The position numbers were made by a program, and so were the translations under genes. A DNA stretch of 64,000 bases, taken from the IMG/VR virus record IMGVR_UViG_3300034072_000647. One strand, given 5' to 3'. Positions 35,558-44,756 of this stretch are shown in pieces; the first letter of the stretch is position 1, and each line of letters opens with the position of its first letter. The notes under the pieces are model-generated. The model saw only the letters and a program-made list of their open reading frames with translations, did no database searches and was not told the DNA's origin. The stretch is from a virus (taxonomy: Duplodnaviria; Heunggongvirae; Uroviricota; Caudoviricetes).

Positions 35558-35918
35558 CACTGGTTTATCACGTACGCCTCCTTGGAGGTTTCTCTTGCAA
35601 TCCGCTTCTAGCCAGCATGTCGCCATCAGCCCGATAAGCTAACCCTCAATTACTAAGACATATGAGCCAGTGCAGGGTCTGGTGGTTAATAACTCATATG
35701 AATATCGGCTGTTTCGCGTCCCACGACATTAACACCTTCTCAGTGCCACCAATTGATGTAGGCTCCGATGCACATAACTTTCTCGGATTTAATAGCGTAT
35801 AATATTGTGCTAACCTATAAGACGCTCGGCAAGGCACCCTGTGGATACCGGCCTAACTTCGTATTCGCGTCTTGATGTCTCATTATATCAACTTTAGGGT
35901 CTCAAGTCAAGAATTATT

Positions 35919-36128
35919 TTAGAAACCCATCAACTTCGCAACTTCGATCCGGTAATTTGCGGGATCAAACACTCCCGACATAGGCTCTTCATCACCTTCT
36001 AGGAAAGAGAAGCCATCATACTTACCGTCTTCACTGACTTCACACGTGGCTACGAACACTTGCTGTCCGTAATTGTCCTTTGCACCGAAACCGAAAGGAC
36101 TCTCTGAAAACTCAATAATTCGAACCAT
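35919..36128 (-). CDS. Hypothetical protein (69 aa)
   Basis: Started after the conserved leader. The N-terminal extension in the ORF track is a translation of the promoter region. Confidence 0.5.
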   Translation of the reverse strand: MVRIIEFSESPFGFGAKDNYGQQVFVATCEVSEDGKYDGFSFLEGDEEPMSGVFDPANYRIEVAKLMGF

Positions 36129-36177
36129 GTCTTTCTCCGTTCTTGATGACTCATTATAACGTGGCGGGCAGCTAAAG

Positions 36178-36597
36178 TCAACACTCATTTGAGTTAATGA
36201 TGAAAACTTCTCTAACATAGCAGCGACGCGGACCAAACTCGTCAATATGAGCAATTTCATACTGATCCATGGCGTAGGCATTTTGCACAGTTACCACATG
36301 ACCCGAAGTCCAGACCATATAGTGAACATTTGGCATAGCATAGAGCGAGTGCCACTTATGCAGTGTCATGCGCTCTGGCTGAGGAAGCTGAGTGTAGTTA
36401 ACACCCAACTTATTCATGGCCTCAGCAACCTGCTCAGGGTATGTCTTACCTCCATGCCGCTTTTGCCAAGGCATAAGACTACGCTTGATAGCATCAGTAG
36501 CCTTCTCAAAAGTTACGCTCGCAGCCACAGCTGTAGCCAGAACACCGCAAATAGGCTTCTTAGAAAGTTCTTCTTTCCAATCCGAAGGATACTTCAT
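36178..36597 (-). CDS. Hypothetical protein (139 aa)
   Basis: Started at MKYPSDW after the conserved leader. Confidence 0.5.
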   Translation of the reverse strand: MKYPSDWKEELSKKPICGVLATAVAASVTFEKATDAIKRSLMPWQKRHGGKTYPEQVAEAMNKLGVNYTQLPQPERMTLHKWHSLYAMPNVHYMVWTSGHVVTVQNAYAMDQYEIAHIDEFGPRRCYVREVFIINSNEC

Positions 36598-36654
36598 GCT
36601 CTGTCTCCGCTCTTGATGCCTCATTATACTGAGACGGACAGAGAAAGTCAACAA

Positions 36655-36798
36655 TCAATCTAAGCGATGCCAAGCTTCAAAGTATTTATAAAAACAGTCA
36701 ATGAAAGCTTGATCTTCCTCGTCATCTAGCCATTTCGGCTCGTCCATGAAACCTTGAATGGTCTCAGGCGTCAGATGGGGCCACTTCTCCTTGCGCAT
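36655..36798 (-). CDS. Hypothetical small protein
   Basis: The start is uncertain. Confidence 0.3.
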   Translation of the reverse strand: MRKEKWPHLTPETIQGFMDEPKWLDDEEDQAFIDCFYKYFEAWHRLD

Positions 36799-36976
36799 CC
36801 CCAAGTAGACGTACACCGCTAAGCTCAACCCACTCATAGTGTAAATCCCATACCAAGTCTACTAGCCAGTCCTCGAAACTATGAGGCTTGCCTTCCAGAA
36901 TCTTTTTGATACCCTCTACAGAAGGGTGAGTTTCGTCTTGTGCCAGTTCTTTCTGGATGTATTCATATTCAGTCAT
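36764..36976 (-). CDS. Hypothetical protein
   Basis: Started at MTEYEY. ATGA overlap with the upstream gene. Confidence 0.45.
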   Translation of the reverse strand: MTEYEYIQKELAQDETHPSVEGIKKILEGKPHSFEDWLVDLVWDLHYEWVELSGVRLLGDAQGEVAPSDA

Positions 36977-37163
36977 TGTAATATCTCTGTAGCTTGCCAG
37001 TGTGCTTATCGAAATCAGTATCGTATTCATCTGCAAGCATTTGCACTTGAGCGACAAATTCGCTCGGATTAGTAATATTTCCTAGCAGTACGTCCAGCAC
37101 GTCTTCTGGATCAGTGCCCTTAGGCATCTGTGCTGCTATCCAATTCGCCTTCTTGAAGTTCAT
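36969..37163 (-). CDS. Hypothetical protein (64 aa)
   Basis: GGAGAT SD 8 nt upstream. Confidence 0.5.
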   Translation of the reverse strand: MNFKKANWIAAQMPKGTDPEDVLDVLLGNITNPSEFVAQVQMLADEYDTDFDKHTGKLQRYYND

Positions 37164-37470
37164 CCTGGAATATCTCCGCTAAGGCTGTATGGAGTCGTTT
37201 CAACTCCAGTTTACCCGTTTTAGCCAGGCTAGGAGCCTCGATTTCGAGCCAGCGCTCGATATCAGCTACAAGCTCTTCTTTCTTGACGATGGCCTCGCCA
37301 GTTTTAGTAAGTCGCTGAGGAGTCTGATACACATGCGCCGCCGCTAGTTTTGCGATTACGGAACGCGCACTTTTACCGATACGAGCAGCAATAGCATCTA
37401 CTGTTTCTCGCGTCGGGTTAGCTTCATACTCAGCTATAATCTGTTTTGTTAGTTCTTCTGTATAGCTCAT
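37120..37470 (-). CDS. Hypothetical protein; paralog of 38030-38359
   Basis: Shares an N-terminal R/K-SVIAK motif region with the 38030-38359 product. Confidence 0.5.
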   Translation of the reverse strand: MSYTEELTKQIIAEYEANPTRETVDAIAARIGKSARSVIAKLAAAHVYQTPQRLTKTGEAIVKKEELVADIERWLEIEAPSLAKTGKLELKRLHTALAEIFQDELQEGELDSSTDA

Positions 37471-37865
37471 TTCCTACTCGTCCACCGATAACTTAGGTAC
37501 GCCTCTAGCGCACGTGCTTCCATTTCCCAAGGACACAGGAAATAATCGTCCATAAGCTTGCCGCAAACATAGGGCTTTTCCTCCCAGTGATATAGATACC
37601 CTTCCGGGATTGGTCCCCCATCAATAAGCCTACCCTCTAGGTATTGCTTGAGGTGAACCATTTCGTGCCCAAGAAGCTCGATATCCGTTGATACAGCATT
37701 CTTTGACAGATTAATCTCGAACTCGGAATCATCAATGCGAAGACATTCAGCGCTAACATCGCTCAGCTTTTTACGCTTGATTTCCAGAGTGAAATCTTTC
37801 TCAATGTTTAGAACATTAGTCAGAAAGACTGCCATCTTCACTAGCTTCTTTGGTCCGGTTATCAT
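37467..37865 (-). CDS. Zinc metallopeptidase (HExxH; SprT/ImmA-like)
   Basis: Contains LGHEMVHLKQY. Confidence 0.55.
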   Translation of the reverse strand: MITGPKKLVKMAVFLTNVLNIEKDFTLEIKRKKLSDVSAECLRIDDSEFEINLSKNAVSTDIELLGHEMVHLKQYLEGRLIDGGPIPEGYLYHWEEKPYVCGKLMDDYFLCPWEMEARALEAYLSYRWTSRK

Positions 37866-38001
37866 CCCATTTATCCAGCTCTATAAGATATTTCAGAAAT
37901 TCCGCGTCGTCCATATCACTAGGGAACAGCCGGGTTGCCAGTTGCTTAAAGTAATCTAACCTGTGCATGGACCCTCCGTTTATTGAGGGTCCATTATACA
38001 A
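37816..38001 (-). CDS. Hypothetical protein (61 aa)
   Basis: ORF. Confidence 0.4.
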   Translation of the reverse strand: MYNGPSINGGSMHRLDYFKQLATRLFPSDMDDAEFLKYLIELDKWDDNRTKEASEDGSLSD

Positions 38002-38029
38002 CAGTCAACAGTAGAAGTCAATAGCTAAG

Positions 38030-38359
38030 TTAGGCATCGGTAGCATTGACCGCAATGAGATAATTGGTCAGCTTTTCGAGGTCGGTAACAGTCATGCTAG
38101 GCAGCGAGGGCAGTTCCGGGCCATAGTAAGCACCGTAGAACTCCTTGATAATGTCAGCCTTGGTCTTCTTCTTGACAGCCGACTTCTTCTTATCGCCAGG
38201 GGCCTTCGTCTCGTAAGGAATTTCGAGCGACTTCGCCTTCGCGATAACACTTCGGACACCAATATTGTGCTTTTCTGCAAATACGGTAGCAATCTCATAG
38301 TTCATCTTCGGCACAGACTTGAGTTCTTCAATCTGAGCGTCGGTATAAGTCTGTGCCAT
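38030..38359 (-). CDS. Hypothetical protein; paralog of 37120-37470
   Basis: Shares the GVRSVIAKAKSL motif with the 37120-37470 product. Confidence 0.5.
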   Translation of the reverse strand: MAQTYTDAQIEELKSVPKMNYEIATVFAEKHNIGVRSVIAKAKSLEIPYETKAPGDKKKSAVKKKTKADIIKEFYGAYYGPELPSLPSMTVTDLEKLTNYLIAVNATDA

Positions 38360-38417
38360 AGTTATTTCTCCGTTCTTGATGACTCATTATATCGCGATAA
38401 GCGGGTCAAGTCAATAC

Positions 38418-38609
38418 TTAGTTAAAGCATTCCTCGATACGAGTCAAGCCCGCTTCTAGCCCCTTGAGAGCATCTTCTAGAGCATTAACCCAAATGTCTA
38501 AGTCCTCTGTACGTACCTTGGTAAAATCCTCTCCAAAACGCTTAGCATCTGCTAGCGCCTTCAAGATACGGGCTTCTGCATCATCTTCAATCAAGGTCAA
38601 GTCCTCCAT
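38418..38609 (-). CDS. Hypothetical protein (63 aa)
   Basis: ORF. Confidence 0.45.
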   Translation of the reverse strand: MEDLTLIEDDAEARILKALADAKRFGEDFTKVRTEDLDIWVNALEDALKGLEAGLTRIEECFN

Positions 38610-38868
38610 AATCCCATTCCATAATTAGAAAGTCAATAGCGCTTACCTCTTTTGGAGTAAGGCTCGCTCTATTTACTGGCATCTTCCACAGCCAATCACG
38701 AGTGAGCTTAAAGCCTCTACCCTCTAAGTAAGTGATAGCTTGGCTTTCATCAGTTCCCCACTCGTCTCTGAGGTAATCAGGCGCTGTTGGCATTTCGGTG
38801 AATCTCGTTTCTAAGAGTGTAAAGGCTTTTAAGTAGCTGAGGGTGGCCGTCCTCTCTAAACCACTCAT
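38587..38868 (-). CDS. Hypothetical protein (93 aa)
   Basis: ORF. Confidence 0.45.
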   Translation of the reverse strand: MSGLERTATLSYLKAFTLLETRFTEMPTAPDYLRDEWGTDESQAITYLEGRGFKLTRDWLWKMPVNRASLTPKEVSAIDFLIMEWDYGGLDLD

Positions 38869-39229
38869 CGTTAACAGGACCTAGACCAACGGCGGTGGTA
38901 GTGGTACACTCAAACACAGTATAGCCACAATCATCCACAATAGTAGCACCCATGTACGGCTTATAAAGTTCATATAAGTGTTCCAGGTCCTGTACAGTAT
39001 CTACTACTAGAGCGATCTTACGGGCATCGTCACCGTTACGGTAGTCATCCATAGTATCGCAATAATCATACCCTAGAAATCCTGGGGCTTCTTCATGTTC
39101 TGAATTAGTGCGATCCTCTGCATCCCACCAAGCATGTAGGTAAGCGTGTCCTGCCTGAGCGGCTAGCTTACCTTCAAATTTCATCTGCGAGAGAGTTTCT
39201 CGGCAGAAAATGGCATACATCTTAATCAT
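38777..39229 (-). CDS. Peptidyl-tRNA hydrolase, PTH2 family-like
   Basis: KMYAIFCRETLSQMKFEGKLAAQAGHA and KIALVVD...GYTVFE...TTTAVGLGP follow the PTH2 pattern (KMVLVVRTDL.MGKGKIAAQCSHA ... DAGYT ... GIGP). Confidence 0.6.
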   Translation of the reverse strand: MIKMYAIFCRETLSQMKFEGKLAAQAGHAYLHAWWDAEDRTNSEHEEAPGFLGYDYCDTMDDYRNGDDARKIALVVDTVQDLEHLYELYKPYMGATIVDDCGYTVFECTTTTAVGLGPVNDEWFREDGHPQLLKSLYTLRNEIHRNANSA

Positions 39230-39576
39230 ACAGTTACAACCACCGCTAGCTTTCGGGCCTCAATGTCATCACCGCAGAGACGGTCAAGAGCCTCTTCCTC
39301 CGTATTAGCGACAACCGTAGTAGTCACTCGGAAAGACCTCTTCCAGCTAGTGATAATTTCTGCGCCTGCCCGCTTGAAAGGTTCCACGAAACCTAGAGCT
39401 TCTGACTCCTTGGTAAATTCGGCTATCTTATTTTTAAGTTTAGTCTCCTCTACATATACCATAAACTTATGAGTAGGCTGCACCCATTCGTTATAGTCAT
39501 TGTGGGAATATGGAAAAGGTTCGGTTCGTTTAATTATAATCTTCAAAGCAATGCTCCAATAATAAGTCCAGCCCAA
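39226..39576 (-). CDS. Hypothetical protein (116 aa)
   Basis: ORF. Confidence 0.5.
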   Translation of the reverse strand: MGWTYYWSIALKIIIKRTEPFPYSHNDYNEWVQPTHKFMVYVEETKLKNKIAEFTKESEALGFVEPFKRAGAEIITSWKRSFRVTTTVVANTEEEALDRLCGDDIEARKLAVVVTV

Positions 39577-39679
39577 GCGAGGCAGAAAATAAGTCCGCCA
39601 GCTTTATAGCCCCAGTGAATGGGCTTCAGCTCCGGGCTAGGCCAATGGTCAATAATATAGTCTACGGGATGAATATCGG

Positions 39680-39871
39680 TCAAGCGCCCCATTTCGTGTC
39701 CTTCCAGAGTAGATTTGAAAGATCGGCATTGAGTTGTGCATTACGCTTCTCAAGATACTCGATGTAGCTTACGATGATTTCAGCACGAGTCTTCTCTTTG
39801 CCGGGATACCAACTTTTAGCATCTTCTGCGGCAATACGACGAAGATCATCAATTACTTCATTAATCGTCAT
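39680..39871 (-). CDS. Hypothetical protein
   Basis: Started at MTINEV after a GAGGAG SD. Confidence 0.45.
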   Translation of the reverse strand: MTINEVIDDLRRIAAEDAKSWYPGKEKTRAEIIVSYIEYLEKRNAQLNADLSNLLWKDTKWGA

Positions 39872-40145
39872 ATCCGTGCTCCTCGTCCATACACTGCTTG
39901 CAGTGCCAATCACCGCGCTCATCTTGCTCTTCGATAGGCATAGTCCAACCACAGCCTTGACAGGTAAACCACAAAGAGTCTACCAGAGTGCAAATATTTC
40001 CCTCATGAGCATCGAAAAACTCCTGCTCAAGTACACCTTCGTCAATCATCTTGTCAAAAAGACTGAAGACGTCTTCACAAGTTCCGCCCTGAACTTCAAG
40101 GTGGAACCAGTCTATAATCTTCTGTCGAATATCGTCCGAAAGCAT
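39861..40145 (-). CDS. Hypothetical zinc-finger protein (94 aa)
   Basis: Contains CQGCG...CKQC. Confidence 0.5.
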   Translation of the reverse strand: MLSDDIRQKIIDWFHLEVQGGTCEDVFSLFDKMIDEGVLEQEFFDAHEGNICTLVDSLWFTCQGCGWTMPIEEQDERGDWHCKQCMDEEHGYDD

Positions 40146-40206
40146 AAAAAATCTCCGTGTCTTGATGCCTCATTATATAAGACATAAGACACGGAGTCAA
40201 GAGCTT

Positions 40207-40461
40207 TTATAGGCGTTGCTGCCTCTTTTCCCGCGCCTCTTTCTCTAGCTTTTCATGCTCGATAGCGGTAAGAGCTGCACAAGTAACTACAAGTCCCCCA
40301 ATCAGTGCGAAGATAAATAGAAAACCCCACCAACCCAGAGAAATCGCGAAAGCGATGACAGCAATTACTAGAGTTAGTACAATAGCGGTTGCTAGTGTAC
40401 CGAGAGTGAAATAGGCCGGAATACGAAGGTATAAAGGCCCATCTGAAAGAAATTTAAACAA
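40207..40461 (-). CDS. Small membrane protein
   Basis: ORF. Confidence 0.5.
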   Translation of the reverse strand: MFKFLSDGPLYLRIPAYFTLGTLATAIVLTLVIAVIAFAISLGWWGFLFIFALIGGLVVTCAALTAIEHEKLEKEAREKRQQRL

Positions 40462-40789
40462 GAGTGACCTCCACAGTGGTAGTAGCTTTAAGTTCCTGGA
40501 ATTTAATAATACGCTTGATGTTACATTTAGTATACGTCTTGACGCTTTCTTGGACTAGAAACTCTTTTAGTTGCTGCTCCGTATCAAAATATTTCAGGGT
40601 TTCGTACCTGACAGTGGAGGTGTCATATCCAGTGCCTTCTGTGTAGCTATTTTCATAAACTACTGCGTATTGATCTTTCAACTTAATTTTCCCGTAATCG
40701 TGGCCTCTAGGGCACGGACCGAATTTACATATTGGACAAGACCTAGGGTAAGGCTTGCCAGATAGACGAATGTCCTCTCTACAAGTCAT
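40454..40789 (-). CDS. Hypothetical Cys-rich protein (111 aa)
   Basis: ORF. Confidence 0.5.
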   Translation of the reverse strand: MTCREDIRLSGKPYPRSCPICKFGPCPRGHDYGKIKLKDQYAVVYENSYTEGTGYDTSTVRYETLKYFDTEQQLKEFLVQESVKTYTKCNIKRIIKFQELKATTTVEVTLV

Positions 40790-40950
40790 TTGCGAGCCAT
40801 ATTGTAGAGATTATCCAGAGCACCTTCCAACTTAGTAAGATGGACGATAAATTCAGGGTCCAGATTGTCCAGACGAACTACTTCATCCAGAGCCTTAGTG
40901 GCGATATTGCGGTACGTGCGAGCCTGGAGTTCGTTATTGAGAAAAGCCAT
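40786..40950 (-). CDS. Hypothetical small protein (54 aa)
   Basis: Unlisted ORF MAFLNNELQART... ATGA overlap with the downstream gene. Confidence 0.4.
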   Translation of the reverse strand: MAFLNNELQARTYRNIATKALDEVVRLDNLDPEFIVHLTKLEGALDNLYNMARK

Positions 40951-41195
40951 TAAGGAATCCTTTTAAAGAGATTGAAAATAAAAGAAATACAGAAGGCAAT
41001 AAGAGCAATGACACCTACTTCCTGTCCGAAGAAGCGCATAATAACCGATACTACCCCTAGAGATACCATAGCCAGTATAGCTAAGCCTAACCCCAACATA
41101 AAGGTATCGAAAAAGAAATTACCTTTAAAGCGACTTAAAAACGGTGGTAGATAGGCAAACACGTCGTTCGAACTCCTCTTCTGTAATTTCTTCAT
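40950..41195 (-). CDS. Small membrane protein
   Basis: Started at MKKLQKR. Confidence 0.45.
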   Translation of the reverse strand: MKKLQKRSSNDVFAYLPPFLSRFKGNFFFDTFMLGLGLAILAMVSLGVVSVIMRFFGQEVGVIALIAFCISFIFNLFKRIP

Positions 41196-41294
41196 TCCAG
41201 GAACGCTCAAAGTTCCTGCGATCCCAACCATCCGGGTCAAAGATCACTAGCGAGCGATATTTCTCAGTCTTCATCCATTCAGCCGAGGTTTTCT

Positions 41295-41966
41295 TCATAG
41301 TGGCTCCATAATAATAACTTCTACACCCGCGACTTTCTTGACTACGCGCTTGTGTGTAGGCTTTGGCGGTTCGGGTACAGGATCTGGCTTAGGCTCAACA
41401 TTATCGAACATCCAAAAAGGCTGAGCACCGTCCTTTAGATTACCAGATTTATCCCAGTCAGGATAGTTCCAGAAGTCTAAGCGTAGCTTTATATCTACTA
41501 CAGGCTGCTTTGGGGTAGCGGAAACTACCTCTTTAATAGAGGCTTTCTGTATAGCATTATCACGAAATTTTTCGTTTATTCGCTCTACAATTTCACGCTT
41601 TTTTGCCACTTCTCGTCTAGTAGCCGGACTTGTACGACTACTGGGTCTAACCAGTCGTGTGCTTCTAGGTAGCTGGCACTCAGGAACACGCATATTATAT
41701 AGAGTACCTAGGAACTGGTAAGCCTTATCATAGCAATCAATATCAACTTTGCCGGACCCGAAAAGCAACTTCTCTTCGTACCAAACTCCTCGGTAACCAA
41801 TCACTGGACGGCCATATATGCTAGCCATAGCGCCGGTAGGACCTGAGGGCAGTAAATCAGTGTTTAACAATTGCCGTGAGGATAACGCAGTGGCTCTCTG
41901 TGGATTGGAAGAATTCGACATCGGCTGTCGTGAGCTTTTTGTCTCGTAAGTATCGTCCCAAATCAT
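41295..41966 (-). CDS. Hypothetical protein (223 aa)
   Basis: ORF. Confidence 0.55.
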   Translation of the reverse strand: MIWDDTYETKSSRQPMSNSSNPQRATALSSRQLLNTDLLPSGPTGAMASIYGRPVIGYRGVWYEEKLLFGSGKVDIDCYDKAYQFLGTLYNMRVPECQLPRSTRLVRPSSRTSPATRREVAKKREIVERINEKFRDNAIQKASIKEVVSATPKQPVVDIKLRLDFWNYPDWDKSGNLKDGAQPFWMFDNVEPKPDPVPEPPKPTHKRVVKKVAGVEVIIMEPL

Positions 41967-42029
41967 CTAACATCCTCTGCCCTCTAGCTTCGAGATTGTG
42001 GGCGTATATACCGCCCGTAGTGAAAATCT

Positions 42030-42239
42030 TCACAGGTCCCTCCAAATAAGCCAAAGAAAGAAAATAAATCCACCAATTCCTGTCGCCCACTGGGCAGCTA
42101 CAGGTCCCAGCAGCCATGCTAGCGGATAATAAATGACTACGAGTAAAACTATTACTACTAAGTAGTAAACAACGGCAAGAATACCCATCACTAGGAGGAA
42201 TATTCCTAGTAACTTTAGTTTACGAACAGACTCGCTCAT
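42030..42239 (-). CDS. Small membrane protein
   Basis: Started at MSESVRKL. Confidence 0.45.
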   Translation of the reverse strand: MSESVRKLKLLGIFLLVMGILAVVYYLVVIVLLVVIYYPLAWLLGPVAAQWATGIGGFIFFLWLIWRDL

Positions 42240-42418
42240 GCGCTCTCCCACAGCCACTGGATAACATCCTCGGCTTCCAATTCGTGCCAATCTTCCCTAT
42301 TACCTGATGCAATATCCTCCAGATACTTATCCGCTGCAATATTTATGTCACGAATAAAGGCATCACGGCCTGCCTCAACTGCTGCGATCGCCTTAATCTG
42401 CCACTGTTCCAACTTCAA
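42236..42418 (-). CDS. Hypothetical protein (60 aa)
   Basis: ORF. Confidence 0.4.
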   Translation of the reverse strand: MKLEQWQIKAIAAVEAGRDAFIRDINIAADKYLEDIASGNREDWHELEAEDVIQWLWESA

Positions 42419-42605
42419 TCTCCTTAAAAAGCTTCACGTTCTTTTCACCGAAAAGTTCTTTGAACGTATCGCAGGCTCTGGTAGCTGCTGGTTTCTGGTC
42501 ATAAAACGGATGGGTAACCCCCTGCTCCGCTAGCACCCAACCTTTACGATCCAGCTTATTTATCATAATCGCGTAACTCATGGGAACAAAACTACTCCTG
42601 CACAA
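42393..42605 (-). CDS. Hypothetical protein (70 aa)
   Basis: ORF. Confidence 0.45.
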   Translation of the reverse strand: MCRSSFVPMSYAIMINKLDRKGWVLAEQGVTHPFYDQKPAATRACDTFKELFGEKNVKLFKEIEVGTVAD

Positions 42606-42799
42606 GATACTCGTTTTGGGCTAATGGGCTTAGACCCGCTGAAAGTTTCCTTACCATTAACTACCTTCCAGATAGAGTAGTTAGGTACAGCAGGTTGAGG
42701 GGTATCCAGCCCTTGGCTTAGCCAGGTCCAGCACCTTTTTGCGAACTGCCATTCTACATCGAACTTATTAGTTCGGATGCGAGTTTCATTTTCAGCCAT
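42578..42799 (-). CDS. Hypothetical protein (73 aa)
   Basis: ORF. Confidence 0.45.
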   Translation of the reverse strand: MAENETRIRTNKFDVEWQFAKRCWTWLSQGLDTPQPAVPNYSIWKVVNGKETFSGSKPISPKRVSCAGVVLFP

Positions 42800-42847
42800 G
42801 TAATCTCCTGTCTTGATCGCTCATTATACCGCGTTCAGCAGCTAGAG

Positions 42848-43081
42848 TCAAGACCGATTTTGAGCATTGAACAATTCAATTAAGTAAGAGTTAAATTGAC
42901 GGCTAATATGTGCGTCTGCTTCTCGCTTCTTCCGCCATCGTTCACGCTCAGCCAGTTCTTTAGCCGAGGGGAAGGTTCTGAAGTTCTGCGATGTATCAGG
43001 ACCGTAGTCTCCGTCATCGCCTTCGTCCGATTCAAAGTTCATAATCCTCCGGTATTTGTCCGTTCTTCTTAAGTTCTTCAA
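42848..43081 (-). CDS. Hypothetical protein (77 aa)
   Basis: ORF. Confidence 0.45.
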   Translation of the reverse strand: MKNLRRTDKYRRIMNFESDEGDDGDYGPDTSQNFRTFPSAKELAERERWRKKREADAHISRQFNSYLIELFNAQNRS

Positions 43082-43421
43082 TAGCCCATTGGCGAGCCAT
43101 AGCTTCTGTAGGGGGCATACCTACTTCAATACGATCCATAATTTCACGAGTCCTCAGCATGACGAGGGCGGCGTAAGCTCGTTCTGGTGTAAATACTGGC
43201 TTCTTAGGAAATTTACCCATTCGACAGGCATGTCGAATCCATTCTCCATCATTATACTCAGCAAGATACCAGCCGGAGCTGTCCTCAAGCCATTTAACCG
43301 TACATCCGCAAGTATCACACTTAACTCTGGTAGGTTTGTGTCCTCCACGAGATTTACCTCCCCAAGGATTTAGTCCACCGAACATAAGGTTGTCAGTAAA
43401 AAGGTCTGCATATTCACCCAT
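43032..43421 (-). CDS. Hypothetical zinc-binding protein (129 aa)
   Basis: Contains CDTCGC...HAC. Confidence 0.5.
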   Translation of the reverse strand: MGEYADLFTDNLMFGGLNPWGGKSRGGHKPTRVKCDTCGCTVKWLEDSSGWYLAEYNDGEWIRHACRMGKFPKKPVFTPERAYAALVMLRTREIMDRIEVGMPPTEAMARQWAIEELKKNGQIPEDYEL

Positions 43422-43629
43422 TTTTCACCCAAAATGATCTAGTGAAACAATCCCAGATAGCACGATTAGCTGGACCGATATAGGTTCCTGCAGGCCATCC
43501 GTACCTGACTATAATCGTGACCCCATCTTCTAGCCAGTCGGGACGTTTACCACCATCCGTCTTATGTTCAGTCCAACCTTCCGCCATATAGCTTTCCAAT
43601 ATTTTACTCATGTATAATATCCCATACAC
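43414..43629 (-). CDS. Hypothetical protein (71 aa)
   Basis: ORF. Confidence 0.45.
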   Translation of the reverse strand: MYGILYMSKILESYMAEGWTEHKTDGGKRPDWLEDGVTIIVRYGWPAGTYIGPANRAIWDCFTRSFWVKNG

Positions 43630-43831
43630 TATGATAGATGGTTTCGAAATCGCGTGTAGTTTCGTACAGTTGTTTAATACGCTCGATATTAGCCCAGTAA
43701 TTAAGCTCTATGGACATTTTGGTATCCATTTCAGCATAACGTTCTAGGGCTGAACGTTCTCGTTCAGATTTAGTATAGTCATCGTAGCCTTCGTTATTGT
43801 GCATACGACACCAATCAGCCCACTCACCCAC
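43604..43831 (-). CDS. Hypothetical protein (75 aa)
   Basis: ORF. Confidence 0.45.
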   Translation of the reverse strand: MGEWADWCRMHNNEGYDDYTKSERERSALERYAEMDTKMSIELNYWANIERIKQLYETTRDFETIYHSVWDIIHE

Positions 43832-43980
43832 TAACCTTCTCCCAAAATTTTAGCTCTTCAATCTCAGCGTCTGGAGGAATATGATCTTTTACAGCATCAT
43901 AGACGTTATCCCTCTCGCAAAGACTAGGGTCAAAGTCTTCGTCACTTACGTAAAAAGCCAGCTCAACAATTGCTACATAT

Positions 43981-44433
43981 TTAGCCATTCAAAATTACCT
44001 CCGCTTCTAGAATATCTAGCTCGGTCAATCCAACCATAAAATCCGTATATACTACCGGCTGATCTGGTATAAAATCATCATCGTCATCGAGACACACGAA
44101 CTTCGTGACCTCTGGATGTTTATTTAGCCATAGTTGAACCTGATAACCACGTCCCTGATGAGCCTCCGTAAATTCTGGTGTCCAGCTATGACAAGTGCGC
44201 CAATCCTCATGCAACGGCACCCCAAGATCGCGGAGACGATCTCTCGTGTTCTCATCACTTCGCCAGGTACTAGACACCACGACTTTAGCATCTGTAGAGT
44301 CACACAACTTTTTAAGAAGCTCGATCTTATCCTGAGGGATTGTACGGTTGCGTGGAATATAGGAACTGTTCCAAAGATCAGGCCCAGATAATATCACTCC
44401 GTCCATGTCTAAAAAGATAATCTTCACGTACAT
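43981..44433 (-). CDS. HAD-superfamily phosphatase-like protein
   Basis: Started at MYVKIIFLDMDGVILS (HAD motif I). Confidence 0.6.
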   Translation of the reverse strand: MYVKIIFLDMDGVILSGPDLWNSSYIPRNRTIPQDKIELLKKLCDSTDAKVVVSSTWRSDENTRDRLRDLGVPLHEDWRTCHSWTPEFTEAHQGRGYQVQLWLNKHPEVTKFVCLDDDDDFIPDQPVVYTDFMVGLTELDILEAEVILNG

Positions 44434-44692
44434 AACCCCATTCATCATATGGATCTGTTGGAATGATCCTGTTATCAAACTCAGGCAAAATCATAGGAAT
44501 AATACCTACTAGAGTTCTGCCATTTTCATCGTGCAATCGTCGATAGCCAAAAGCTTGCCTAAGTCTACTAGCACATCGGTATCCGTCAGTGGTTGAAGGT
44601 CTGTGCTTACATCTACAAGCTAAAGAGTCTACAAAGTCTGAGCCATACATAATGACTTCGTTGGGATATGGAAATCCACATAAAAGCTTCAC
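44378..44692 (-). CDS. Hypothetical protein (104 aa)
   Basis: ORF. Confidence 0.45.
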   Translation of the reverse strand: MKLLCGFPYPNEVIMYGSDFVDSLACRCKHRPSTTDGYRCASRLRQAFGYRRLHDENGRTLVGIIPMILPEFDNRIIPTDPYDEWGYVREDYLFRHGRSDIIWA

Positions 44693-44756
44693 GGCTGTCT
44701 CCTTTACAGCCCATTATACGAAAAAAGACGGCCCCAGTCAAGAGCCGTCTTCATCG

